In this document: piece by piece, positions 8,331-17,954 of the stretch
How the letters are laid out: each line of letters begins with the position of its first letter
Numbering within the stretch: the first letter of the stretch is position 1
Source of the DNA: a virus
Taxonomy: Duplodnaviria; Caudoviricetes
Reading direction: 5' to 3' (one strand)
Virus record (IMG/VR): IMGVR_UViG_3300032069_000867
Coordinates: 1-58,278 of that record
DNA: 58,278 bases
Made by a program: the position numbers and the translations under genes
Notes under the pieces: generated by a model
Seen by the model: the letters and a program-made list of their open reading frames with translations, nothing else
The model's database searches: none
Told to the model about the DNA's origin: nothing

Positions 8331-9176
8331 ATGCTTCCAACTGAAAAAACGCCGCCCAAACAAGACCTTGCCGACCTGACCCTGTTGATTTACGGGTCGA
8401 GCAAGATCGGGAAGTCGACCTGGTGCTCGCAGGCCGAGGGAGCGGTCTTCCTGGCGACCGAAGCGGGCCTGAACAACCTGGAGGTTTTCCAGGTGCCGAT
8501 CACCAGGTGGGAAGAGTTTCTGCTGGCCTGCCGCGAGATCGCCGAGGGCAAGCACCCGTTCAGGACGGTGGTCATCGACACCGTGGACAACGCCTACCGG
8601 ATGTGCGCCGATTACATCTGCGCCAAGTTCAAGATCGACCACGAGAGCGACCTGGGATTTGGCAAGGGCTACGCCCTGATCAACAACGAGTTTCACCGCG
8701 TCATCACGAAGGTCTCGCTGCTGCCCTACGGTCTCTTCCTGGTCTCCCACTCCCAGGAGCGGGAGATCGAGACTCGCACCGGCAAGCACACCCGGATCGT
8801 CCCCACCCTTCCCGACAAGGTGCGCAAGGTCGTGCTGGGGATGGTGGACCTGATTCTCTACTGCGACCTTGAGATGACCGCAGGCCCCGATGGCAGCGTG
8901 GCGGGTCGGCGGGTGATGCGCACCAAGCCGCACGTCAACTACGAGGCCGGCGACCGCACGGGACGCTTGCCCGAAGTGATCGATCTGGACTTCGGCAAGT
9001 TCCTCGAGGCGTTCAACCGGGGCGCACCCGCTCAGGCTCAGGCACAACAGCCAGTCGGTCGAGCGCCGAGCGCAGAGCGGCCCGACAAAGCCCCTACTCC
9101 GTCCCAACCAGCCGCGGACAGCTCGCGGCCGAAAGCCCGCCCCGGCGGGCAAACAACCCACTCACAAGGAGAGTGA
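8331..9176 (+). CDS. AAA_24 / Sak4-like ATPase
   Basis: Walker A YGSSKIGKST, Walker B TVVIDT; sits between nuclease and DUF669. Confidence 0.85.
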   Translation: MLPTEKTPPKQDLADLTLLIYGSSKIGKSTWCSQAEGAVFLATEAGLNNLEVFQVPITRWEEFLLACREIAEGKHPFRTVVIDTVDNAYRMCADYICAKFKIDHESDLGFGKGYALINNEFHRVITKVSLLPYGLFLVSHSQEREIETRTGKHTRIVPTLPDKVRKVVLGMVDLILYCDLEMTAGPDGSVAGRRVMRTKPHVNYEAGDRTGRLPEVIDLDFGKFLEAFNRGAPAQAQAQQPVGRAPSAERPDKAPTPSQPAADSSRPKARPGGQTTHSQGE

Positions 9177-9179
9177 AAG

Positions 9180-9665
9180 ATGAGCACCCATGAACCCGGC
9201 ACCGCAACCCATGACCCCGACATCGACCTGGCGCAGTTCGACGACGACTTCGCCGAGGCGCCGATCGAGGAGCGCGACTTCGAGCCGGTGCCCGATGGCA
9301 AGTACCAGGTCGTCGTCGAGAAGGTCGAACTCACCCGCGCCCAGAGCTCGGGCAACCCCATGCTCAAATGGACGCTACGGGTGCTCGGTCCCCAGCACAA
9401 GGGCCGGCTGCTCTGGCGCAACAGCGTGATGGCCAGCCGCGAGAACCTCAAGTGGTTGAAGACCGACCTGCACACCTGCGGGCTGGACCTCCCGCGCCTC
9501 TCCGAACTGCCGGCCAACCTGGAGAGGCTGTTGGACGTCCGCCTCGAGATCACCAAGCGCACGAAGGATGAGAGCGAGAACGTCTACTTCAACCGGCGCA
9601 TCGTGACCGAGGACGAGGGCCAGGGATACGACGCAACCGCTCAGGACGCTCTGAACCCATTCTGA
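9180..9665 (+). CDS. DUF669 (SSB-like) protein
   Basis: FEPVPDGKY.V...SSGNPMLK motif, acidic tail ending in PF. Confidence 0.85.
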   Translation: MSTHEPGTATHDPDIDLAQFDDDFAEAPIEERDFEPVPDGKYQVVVEKVELTRAQSSGNPMLKWTLRVLGPQHKGRLLWRNSVMASRENLKWLKTDLHTCGLDLPRLSELPANLERLLDVRLEITKRTKDESENVYFNRRIVTEDEGQGYDATAQDALNPF

Positions 9666-9666
9666 C

Positions 9667-10113
9667 ATGCCAGCCGTGATAGTGGTGGACACCCGTGAGA
9701 TCGAGCCTTACTCCTTCGACCCCGAGCGCGTGGCGGTGGTGCGCCGCGCGCTCCCCGCCGGAGACTACTCCCTCGAAGGGCTTGAGGATCGAGTCGCGGT
9801 GGAGCGCAAGACGCTGGATGATCTCGTTACCACCGTGATCCGAAGCAGAGACCGATTCCGCCGCGAGTTGCTCCGGCTGAGGAAGTGCGAGGCGGCCTGC
9901 ATCGTGGTCGAAGCCGACTTTGCCGACCTCCTCGCGGGTCGCTACCGCGCCGGCGTTCATCCGAACGCAGTGCTCGGGGCGGTGGTCTCCATCGTGATCG
10001 ATCACGGCGTTCCGGTGTTTTTCTGTTCAGAGCGGCAAGTCGCCCGTCTGTTCACCGAGTGCTACCTGCTGCGATTCTACCGAAAGGTTCAGGCTGCATG
10101 CGAAGTGCCTTGA
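9667..10113 (+). CDS. ERCC4-domain nuclease
   Basis: VDTRE, L..GDYS, VERKT..DL motifs. Confidence 0.92.
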   Translation: MPAVIVVDTREIEPYSFDPERVAVVRRALPAGDYSLEGLEDRVAVERKTLDDLVTTVIRSRDRFRRELLRLRKCEAACIVVEADFADLLAGRYRAGVHPNAVLGAVVSIVIDHGVPVFFCSERQVARLFTECYLLRFYRKVQAACEVP

Positions 10114-12299
10114 GAGAACCAGTGGCCACGGTGCGGGGCCGCGTTGAGGAAGTCTTCTATTCGAGCCCGCGCTTCTCTGCCGGACGACTTCGCACCGCGG
10201 AGGGGAGGACCATCTCCTTTGCCGGGCCAGTCATGATCCGCGAGCACGAGCCGGTCATCCTGCACGGTGCTTGGGAAGAGCATCCAAAATACGGGCGCCA
10301 ACTCAAGGTCGAGTCGTTGGAATACGACACTCGCCTTGATGCTGAGGGGCTGGCCAACTACCTCGCCAACCATCCTGACATCAAGGGCATCGGCCCGGTC
10401 AAGGCCCGCCAGATCGCGGAGCGCTTCGGCAAGGACTTCGACCGGGTGCTCTCCGAGGAGCCGGAAGCCATCGCCGAGGCGGTTCATCTGCCGCTGGAGT
10501 CGGTGCACGCCTTGCGCGGGGAATGGCTCCGCACCAAGGCTGTCAACGGTGCGCTCACGTGGCTGGCGGCGTTCGGCCTCACTCACCACCAGGTGAAGAC
10601 GCTGGTCGAGCGGTTCGGCAACAACGTCGTCGCCCTGCTCCAGACCGACCCCTATCTGATCGCCCGCGAGGTCCCGGGCTTCGCCTTCAAGCGGGTGGAC
10701 AAGATCGCCCGCAAGATGGGTTCAGCGAAGGATCATCCCTCCCGGATTCGCGCCGGCGTCCTGCACTGCGTGCAAGAGCGCGTCGAGCAAGGGGACTGCT
10801 GGGTCGAGTACGAGGAGCTGATTGACCAGTCGAACGCGCTGCTGGTGATGGACACCCTCGACAGCCGCGCCCGGATCGAGAAGGCGCTGGATGCCCTGAT
10901 CGAAGAGAAGCAGCTCTCGTGCGCTTCCTATGGCGGGCGGTTCCTGGTGGCCAGGCCTGACCTGCGAGCGATGGAGGAGCAACTCGGGGAACTGTTTCGG
11001 CGCGGGGACGAGGCGAACTGCCACCTGACGGACGAAGACGACCTGGAAGGTCTGTTGGACGAGAATGCGCCCGACCTCAACGCTGGCCAGCGCCAGGCCG
11101 TGCTGACTGCACTGCGGCATCAGATCACCGTCATCTGCGGCGGCGCGGGCAGCGGTAAGACCTACACCATCGCGGCGATAACCCGCCTCTGCCGCAAGTG
11201 CGACCTTCGAGTCGTGCTTTGTGCGCCCACCGGCAAGGCGGCGAAACGGCTCGAGCAGGTGGTGGGCCAGGAGGCGTTCACCATCCACCGCTTGCTCGGC
11301 TATGACGGCCGCGAATTCAGGCGAACGGCGGAAGACCCTATCGCGGCCGACGTGGTGATCATTGACGAGGTCTCGATGGTTGACGTGCCCCTCGGCTGGC
11401 ACCTCTTTCAGGCGGTAGACCTTGAGCGAACCGCCGTCGTGCTGGTGGGCGACCACAATCAACTCCCGCCCGTTGGGCCGGGCAACATCCTGCGCGACCT
11501 AATCGACACGCGAGCGGTGCCGACGGTCATCCTGGATGAGATCGTGCGCCAGGCGGGCGCGCTCAAAGAGAACTCCATCGCCATCCTGCATGGCGAGGTG
11601 CGCAAGACTGCCCCCGACGACGAAGGTAAGCGCCGCCCCTGGTACCTGGTGGATCAGTTCACCGATGTCTGGGACGTGCAACGCTTCCTGCTCGACCTCT
11701 TTGAATCAGTGCTCGTTGGGCGACTGGGTCTCGACCTGGTGGAGGATGTGCAGGTGCTTACGCCGACGCGCAAGGGGCCTCTGGGCGTCGAGGAGCTCAA
11801 CGTCGAGTTGCAGCGCCTGGTTCAGAAGAAGCTGTGGGCAGTGGATGTCTCTGCTCCCAGACCCGGACGCCGCCCGCGTTTCCTGCTGCACGACAAGGTG
11901 ATCCAGACTCGGAACAACTACGACCTCGGCGTCATGAACGGGGCGGTCGGTCGGGTGACAGTAGTCGAAAGCGACGGGGCGATGGAAGTCTCCTTCAATG
12001 GTCAGGCTGTGACCGTCACCCCTGAGTCCGGCCACCTCTCTGACCTGTCGCTCGCCTACGCTTTGACCATCCACAAGGCCCAGGGCTCCGAGTTTCCCTG
12101 CGCCATCGTGCTCGTGCACAAGTCTCACTCGTTCATGCACCATCGGAACTTGTTCTACACCGGTGTGACCCGCGCCCAGGAGGTCGCCATCGTCATCGGC
12201 GACCGCTGGGGGTTACGCAACTGCGCCCAGCGGCGACACCTCGAACAGCGCAAGACTTTCCTCTCACTTCTCGGCCAGCGTGACAGGAGTAGGCGATGA
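10098..12299 (+). CDS. recD2: RecD2-like SF1B helicase
   Basis: HhH IKGIGP, GGAGSGKT, TIHRLL, DEVSMVD, GDHNQLPPVGPG, YALTIHKAQGSEF, YTGVTRA. Confidence 0.95.
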   Translation: MRSALREPVATVRGRVEEVFYSSPRFSAGRLRTAEGRTISFAGPVMIREHEPVILHGAWEEHPKYGRQLKVESLEYDTRLDAEGLANYLANHPDIKGIGPVKARQIAERFGKDFDRVLSEEPEAIAEAVHLPLESVHALRGEWLRTKAVNGALTWLAAFGLTHHQVKTLVERFGNNVVALLQTDPYLIAREVPGFAFKRVDKIARKMGSAKDHPSRIRAGVLHCVQERVEQGDCWVEYEELIDQSNALLVMDTLDSRARIEKALDALIEEKQLSCASYGGRFLVARPDLRAMEEQLGELFRRGDEANCHLTDEDDLEGLLDENAPDLNAGQRQAVLTALRHQITVICGGAGSGKTYTIAAITRLCRKCDLRVVLCAPTGKAAKRLEQVVGQEAFTIHRLLGYDGREFRRTAEDPIAADVVIIDEVSMVDVPLGWHLFQAVDLERTAVVLVGDHNQLPPVGPGNILRDLIDTRAVPTVILDEIVRQAGALKENSIAILHGEVRKTAPDDEGKRRPWYLVDQFTDVWDVQRFLLDLFESVLVGRLGLDLVEDVQVLTPTRKGPLGVEELNVELQRLVQKKLWAVDVSAPRPGRRPRFLLHDKVIQTRNNYDLGVMNGAVGRVTVVESDGAMEVSFNGQAVTVTPESGHLSDLSLAYALTIHKAQGSEFPCAIVLVHKSHSFMHHRNLFYTGVTRAQEVAIVIGDRWGLRNCAQRRHLEQRKTFLSLLGQRDRSRR

Positions 12300-15200
12300 G
12301 CGAGAGCAGGGCTGTGCCCCCTTCGGAAAAGGCCGTTGGACTGCTGCGCCGCTACTTCTTGTGTCGCACTGACACAGTCGCCTTTCTTGCTCCTTGGGAA
12401 CGGCCTTCTCCAGCCAGGGCAGATGGTCAGCTCGACGAGCTGCTGCTTGCCCACCTCAAAGGCAGTAAGGCACCGAAGGTCACCGTCCACTATCGCAACT
12501 CCCGTGGGGAAGGTGTGGTCAAGGGCAACTTCCGCATCGGGGCCTACGCTCCCGCGCCCGATGGCACGACCCGATGGCTGTGCCTCGACTTCGATGGCGG
12601 CGACCACGCGGAGGCGCTCGCTGACCCCACTGCCACCGCACTGGCCGTCTATCGGATCTTCGAGTCAGTAGGCACGCGCCCTTACCTGGAACGGTCTGGC
12701 GGCGGACATGGCTGGCACCTGTGGTGCTTTTTCGAGCCGCCCGTCTCTGCGCGCAAGGCGCGGGCGATGGCGAAGGTGCTGCTGCCCGAAGAGGTAACCC
12801 TCGCCAACGGAGAGCGGGCGCTGCCGCAGACCGGTCGAGGAATCGAGGTCTTCCCGAAGCAGCCGAAGATCGAGCGCAATGGCTTCGGGAACTTGGTCTG
12901 GCTTCCCTGGTGGTCGGAAGCAGACGGAGCCGCGAACCAGTTTCACCGGCCCGACGAGAAGGGCGAGCTGGTTCCGTTCGTACCGGAAGAGTTCGAAACC
13001 GCCGACGAGTCGCGGGTTGACGCGGTCATCGCTCAGGCGAACACATCGGGCAAGTATCAACCACGGGCAAGCCCACAGTCCGCGAAGGCACAGGAAGCGA
13101 CTGACGAGGCATGGCGCGAGTGGCGAGAGAAAGCGCTCGCCGCCTTGTCGCTCGAAGCAATCTACGGGCAATGGCTGACCGGCAAGACATGCGCTGACGG
13201 CTGGCTGCAATGCCGAGATCCATGGTCGCCGACGGGAGATCGTGATCCTTCTGCTGGTGTGGCAGATGGATCAGGGCAAGCCGAGCGCGGCGAGTTTCAT
13301 TCCTTCATCTCCGGCAAATCATTGTCGGTGTTTGACTTCTTGGTGGAGCGGGGTGAGGTAGCCGACTTCCGCGCCGCCTGCGCGCGTGTCGCCCAAATGT
13401 CGGACGTGCCCTTACCAGCCACGGCGCGAGACTCCCCCAGGCACGTGAGTCCGCACGGCCGCCCGACGATCCAGGTCAACAACCGTCAACTGCGCGATGT
13501 TGTTGCTGACGTCTGGCGCGCAGTACATGCTGCCAATCGCCCACCCACGCTCTTCGTGCGTTCCGGCGCGCTCGTCCGACTTCAGCACGCAGACGACGGC
13601 TGCCGCATCGAGGCGACCGATGAGGCCGCCATCTACGGGTTCCTGGCCCGCTCTGCCGATTGGGTGAAGGTAACTGACACCGGAGTGACCAGCGTCAGCC
13701 CGGTGCGCGACGTCGCGCGGGACATGCTTGCCTACCCCGATGAGCAGGTTCCCCAGTTGGAAGCCGTGGTGTGTGCGCCGGTCTTTGACCGCCAGGGCAA
13801 ACTGATCAGTGAGCCTGGATACCATCCGGCGGCACGGCTCTGGTATCACCGCCTTTCCGGTTTCTCGATAGAGGCAGTGCACGAGCGGCCTACGCCGGAG
13901 CAGGCTGGCGCAGCCAGGGATCTGCTGCTCGATGATCTGCTCGTGGACTTCCCTTTTGCCTCCGAGGCAGATCGCGCCCATGCCGTGGCCGCGCTTTTTC
14001 TTCCCTTCGTCCGACGCATTGTGGACGGGTGCACTCCCATCCACCTGATCGAGGCGCACACCCCTGGCTCCGGGAAGGGGCTGCTCGCAGACGTGGTGGC
14101 CCTGATCGCCCTGGGACGGTGCTGCGAGCCAACCACGGTCACGCCTGACGAGGAGGAGGCGCGCAAGAAGATCACCTCCCTGCTTGCCCGGGCGCAGCCA
14201 GTCATCCTGCTTGACAACATTCGCACCGGCATCGAGTCGGCACAGCTCGCCGCAGCACTCACGGCCGAGGTCTGGTCGGACCGCATTCTCGGGCAGACCC
14301 GGATGATCGACCTGCCCAACCGCGCCACCTGGTTGGTCACCGCGAACAACCCGCGACTCTCGTTGGAGATCGCCCGGCGCTGCGCCCGCATTCGCCTCGA
14401 CCCCAGAACCGACCGGCCCTGGCAGCGGACTGCCTTCAAGCATGCGCCGTTGAGGGAATGGATCAGGGCAAACCGGGCGCGGCTGGTGCACGCTCTCCTG
14501 GTGCTGGTGCAGGCGTGGAACGCCGCCGGAAAGCCCCAGGGACAGAGGGTGCTCGGTTCTTTCGAGGGCTGGTCTCGCGTGGTCGGCGGCATCCTGGGCA
14601 ACGCCGGCATTGACCACTTCCTGGGAAACACCGAGGAACTCTACGAGACCGCCGACGCCGAGGGGAACGAGTGGCGCGAGTTCGTGGCTGCCTGGTGGGA
14701 TGCGTATCACGACAACTGGGTGTCGGCGAAAGATCTGCTCAAACTCGCCCTCGAGCGTGACCTTCTCGGCGGGACGATCGGTGACAAATCGGCGCGCTCA
14801 CAGCAGACTCGCCTGGGCAGAGCGCTCGCGACTGTGCGTGACCGACAGTTCGGAGAGTGGCGCATCGTTATCCGTCGAGACGCGCACTCCAAGAGCGCCG
14901 GGTACCGGCTGCTCCTGGCCGAAACCCGCGGGACGTCTTGCGGGACCTGCGGGACTTCCTGCGGGACGTCAGACCCCCACGTCCCGCAGCAAGAAGCCAG
15001 TCCTGGTGCGGAGTCTTTGCCCTTCGCGGAACATTGCGGGACATCTGGCCTACCCTCCCCTCACGCGCGCGAGGACTTATATGATGGTGATAACGCCTCC
15101 CCTCGCGCGGGGCGAACCCCCGAAGAAGTCCCGCAACGTCCCGCAAATGCGTCAGAGGGGCTTCCAGGGCCGTCAGAAACGAAATTCGACGCGGGACATG

Positions 15201-15307
15201 ACCAGGACACGTCCCGCAAGACGTCCCGCACACGTCCCGCGGCTAGCCTTGACGAACCCATCGATCTGGCCCAGATACCAGATTGCGAGGAGGACGATCT
15301 GCAATGA
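12296..15307 (+). CDS. AEP primase fused to helicase and C-terminal winged helix
   Basis: WLCLDFD, ERSGGGHGWHLW (AEP); PGSGKGLL, ILLDNI, TANN (P-loop helicase). Confidence 0.9.
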   Translation: MSESRAVPPSEKAVGLLRRYFLCRTDTVAFLAPWERPSPARADGQLDELLLAHLKGSKAPKVTVHYRNSRGEGVVKGNFRIGAYAPAPDGTTRWLCLDFDGGDHAEALADPTATALAVYRIFESVGTRPYLERSGGGHGWHLWCFFEPPVSARKARAMAKVLLPEEVTLANGERALPQTGRGIEVFPKQPKIERNGFGNLVWLPWWSEADGAANQFHRPDEKGELVPFVPEEFETADESRVDAVIAQANTSGKYQPRASPQSAKAQEATDEAWREWREKALAALSLEAIYGQWLTGKTCADGWLQCRDPWSPTGDRDPSAGVADGSGQAERGEFHSFISGKSLSVFDFLVERGEVADFRAACARVAQMSDVPLPATARDSPRHVSPHGRPTIQVNNRQLRDVVADVWRAVHAANRPPTLFVRSGALVRLQHADDGCRIEATDEAAIYGFLARSADWVKVTDTGVTSVSPVRDVARDMLAYPDEQVPQLEAVVCAPVFDRQGKLISEPGYHPAARLWYHRLSGFSIEAVHERPTPEQAGAARDLLLDDLLVDFPFASEADRAHAVAALFLPFVRRIVDGCTPIHLIEAHTPGSGKGLLADVVALIALGRCCEPTTVTPDEEEARKKITSLLARAQPVILLDNIRTGIESAQLAAALTAEVWSDRILGQTRMIDLPNRATWLVTANNPRLSLEIARRCARIRLDPRTDRPWQRTAFKHAPLREWIRANRARLVHALLVLVQAWNAAGKPQGQRVLGSFEGWSRVVGGILGNAGIDHFLGNTEELYETADAEGNEWREFVAAWWDAYHDNWVSAKDLLKLALERDLLGGTIGDKSARSQQTRLGRALATVRDRQFGEWRIVIRRDAHSKSAGYRLLLAETRGTSCGTCGTSCGTSDPHVPQQEASPGAESLPFAEHCGTSGLPSPHAREDLYDGDNASPRAGRTPEEVPQRPANASEGLPGPSETKFDAGHDQDTSRKTSRTRPAASLDEPIDLAQIPDCEEDDLQ
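14928..15240. repeat. GCGGGAC iteron-like cluster, candidate replication origin
   Basis: Six forward copies (14928, 14940, 14949, 14961, 15036, 15191) and six reverse copies (14981, 15128, 15138, 15211, 15223, 15234). Confidence 0.75.
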
Positions 15308-15624
15308 CGGATTTCTGCAGCCCCTGCACACTCAGTCCCACGCCAGAGTTCGAGTTGTCCGATTTCCTGTCTTCATGGTGGGAACGCTTTCAGGACAGGT
15401 GGGTGACGGCTGATGAACTCGCGGCCCTGGCGATGATAGAGGGCAGCGTGCTGGGGCAAGTCGGCCATCCTGGTTTTCGGGCTCGCCGAAGAACGCTGGG
15501 CCGCATCCTCTATGGGGCGCGCGATGCCCGCGTCCAGGGCTGGCACCTCCGTTGGCATGGTGGCAGCCAAGGCAGACCGCAGAGGTTTCGCCTTGAGCCA
15601 ATCGAGGAGGAATGCTCGACGTGA
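15304..15624 (+). CDS. Stand-alone paralog of the primase-helicase C-terminal domain
   Basis: DFLSSWWERFQDRWVTADEL...TLGRIL...RDARVQGWHL aligns with EFVAAWWDAYHDNWVSAKDL...RLGRAL...RDRQFGEWRI. Confidence 0.75.
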   Translation: MTDFCSPCTLSPTPEFELSDFLSSWWERFQDRWVTADELAALAMIEGSVLGQVGHPGFRARRRTLGRILYGARDARVQGWHLRWHGGSQGRPQRFRLEPIEEECST

Positions 15625-16355
15625 CCGCCGAGGCCAGGATTCGAGATGAGGCGCAGCTCTATGTCGCCACCAACCTGGAGACCTGGGAGGCGAGGCCGCC
15701 CGTCCGGCCCGACCAGGACGCGATCTGCGAACCGTGCGGGTTCCGGCGGCTCGACCCTGAGTACTATGCCTGGCTGCGGTCCAGGATGGCGCTGGCGCAG
15801 AAGCGCTACGAGAGGGGCCGGCTTCCCTCCAGGCAGTACGAAGACTTGCGCGACCGGTTCAATGCGGTTCACTTCTGGGCGGTCGAGCGGTTCGGCGAGC
15901 AGGTTCTTCTGGAGGCGATGAGGTCGCTCGACCCGACGCGCTACGCGCCTCCGATGGTGCAGGAGCCGGGGGAGCCATCACCTCCACCGTCTCACAGCTA
16001 CCCGGCGGATGGTGACTGGCGCTTCACAGAACCTATCTCAGCCGAGGCAGTCGCCAAGGTTGACGCCGTCCGCGAGCAGGCCTTGGCGGCCGGCTGGTCG
16101 GAGGCGCAACTCTACCAGAACCGCGGGCGCTGCAGTTTCCCCTGCGGCCAAGACTACGGACTGGTCTGCTTCCTGCACGGCGATGATCGGGTAGGCGAGA
16201 TCACCAGCCAGTTCATCGAGATCATTAGCCCACGTGGCAGCCACCTGCGGTTCCACAACCACAAAGTCGAACAGCCGTGGCTCCGTCGGGTGAGCCAGAG
16301 CGAAGGCCTGCAGGGCGATCCCGACGCTTTCGCGCGCTTTCCCGTAGGTAGTTAG
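15612..16355 (+). CDS. Hypothetical protein
   Basis: GAGGAGG RBS, 247-aa ORF in the operon. Confidence 0.75.
   Translation: MLDVTAEARIRDEAQLYVATNLETWEARPPVRPDQDAICEPCGFRRLDPEYYAWLRSRMALAQKRYERGRLPSRQYEDLRDRFNAVHFWAVERFGEQVLLEAMRSLDPTRYAPPMVQEPGEPSPPPSHSYPADGDWRFTEPISAEAVAKVDAVREQALAAGWSEAQLYQNRGRCSFPCGQDYGLVCFLHGDDRVGEITSQFIEIISPRGSHLRFHNHKVEQPWLRRVSQSEGLQGDPDAFARFPVGS
16321..16350 (+). promoter_or_regulatory. Candidate phage-sigma promoter B
   Basis: CCGACGCTTTCGCGCGCTTTCCCGTAGGTA; near-copy of 7003-7032 in a different reading frame. Confidence 0.6.
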
Positions 16356-16664
16356 TGGAGAGCCATGACAGCGGCGAGCACACACAACCTGGCGAGCCCG
16401 AGAGGCATGGAGGCCGTGTTTGCGGGCATTTCACGGCCCAAGAGTCGCCATATCCGCCTGCTTGCGAGAATACCTGCGAACATGCCTCGACATTCGCCAA
16501 CTCAGGCCTTGATTACTTCGCCCTTCCGAGGAAACATTCACCCAACGGCTGTGAGCGCCGCTCCAGCCGAAATCAGGGCCGGAAGGGCCTCGGGCAACTC
16601 ACAACAGGCGCTCGTCGCAGGAACGCTCGCGGCCTGCCCTCCGGCAGAACGAGGAGGTAGTGCT

Positions 16665-17954
16665 GTGAGTACCACGCTGACGCCTGCTCCCAGCCAAGTG
16701 GCGAGCAGGCAAGAACCCCTGGGGGAGAACGGCCACGCCGAAGGACGGGCAAGCCTGGACCTGTCGAGCTATGACTCGCAGGCCTACAACATCCTCTCCC
16801 CCGTCCTCCGACTGGACACGGCCGCTCCCTACCTGCGCTTCCGCGCGGTGGAGGTGCGGCTCGACCCCGATGCGAACCGGGGCGACTGCTATGCTGCGCC
16901 GAGCACGAAGTGGACGAGGGATCGCCGAACGGGCGAACTCCTGCCCACCCACGTCGCCCCCGCCAAGCCCGGCCTGCTGAAGATTGCCTCAGCAACCGGG
17001 TTGGTCATTGACCCCCACAACTCCCGCCGCATCAAGCCCGACTCCTGCGAGCGCTGCATCGACATGGCTCGCGCCACTGGCCAGGCGGTGCGCTGCGGGG
17101 ATTGCCCATCCCGCTATGACGTCGCCTACCAGCACATCGGTGCGGTGCGCGCCGACACCGGCTGGCGCATCGTCAAGGCGTCCTACGAGTGGAACTTGGA
17201 TGCGCAGCGACGCAAGATTGTCCGCGAGGCTAAGAAGCGTGTTGCCAAGGCCCAGGAAGAGGGCAAGTCCTTCGACTTGGAGGGCTACGTCGAGGACCGC
17301 CTCGACCAAGTCATCACCGAGCGCTACGGCCTGGCCGAGACGAAGTCGCTGTTGCGGCTGGTGAGGGCGATCTGTCACCTGCGGCAGGCCTACCTGCGGG
17401 AGGAGATGGCTCGCCCGTTCGTGGTGGTGCGCACCGAACTGGCCCCCGACTTCGCTGACCCCGCGGTCCGCCATGCGCTGGCCGAGAAGGCCCTCGCCAG
17501 CGGCGCGGAGATATTCGCGCCGGCGCACGAGGAGGCACCCGCGGTGACGCTGCGCGCTGCTGCCGTGGACGCCCAGGTCGTGGAGCAACTGGCCAGCGAG
17601 CCGGACTTCACGGATGCCGAGGCCAAAGCGGAGGAAGCGACGGCTCCTGTAGATGACGAGTCCGCTCCCGACAACGGACAGACGCACGTCACAGACGACG
17701 GGCCAACCGCTTCTGCTGATTCGCCGGTGGCAGATCCGCCAGCCGAGGAATCCTCTGCTGACCACGAGTCACGCGAGACCCCCGAGGAGGAATCGGACGC
17801 CGTCCGCTGCGACGAGTGCAACGCCGTGCTGCCAGCCAACGTAGTCGCCTACTGCCAGAGCGCCAAAGGCCGGCAGGCTTTCGGCGGTGCCAACTACTGC
17901 TTCAAGTGCCAGAACAAGCGCCGAGGCAAGGGCGAGAGAGGTGAAGCGCAATGA
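16665..17954 (+). CDS. Putative single-strand annealing protein with Zn fingers
   Basis: GTG after GAGGAGGT; AETKSLLRLVRA core, acidic linker, C-terminal CxxC...CxxCQ; coupled to sbcDC. In-frame ATG at 16365 is an alternative start. Confidence 0.6.
   Translation: MSTTLTPAPSQVASRQEPLGENGHAEGRASLDLSSYDSQAYNILSPVLRLDTAAPYLRFRAVEVRLDPDANRGDCYAAPSTKWTRDRRTGELLPTHVAPAKPGLLKIASATGLVIDPHNSRRIKPDSCERCIDMARATGQAVRCGDCPSRYDVAYQHIGAVRADTGWRIVKASYEWNLDAQRRKIVREAKKRVAKAQEEGKSFDLEGYVEDRLDQVITERYGLAETKSLLRLVRAICHLRQAYLREEMARPFVVVRTELAPDFADPAVRHALAEKALASGAEIFAPAHEEAPAVTLRAAAVDAQVVEQLASEPDFTDAEAKAEEATAPVDDESAPDNGQTHVTDDGPTASADSPVADPPAEESSADHESRETPEEESDAVRCDECNAVLPANVVAYCQSAKGRQAFGGANYCFKCQNKRRGKGERGEAQ

Noticed and set aside
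14928-15240. Repeat cluster as a CRISPR or mini-array
   Set aside because: Units are 7 bp, irregularly spaced and in both orientations.
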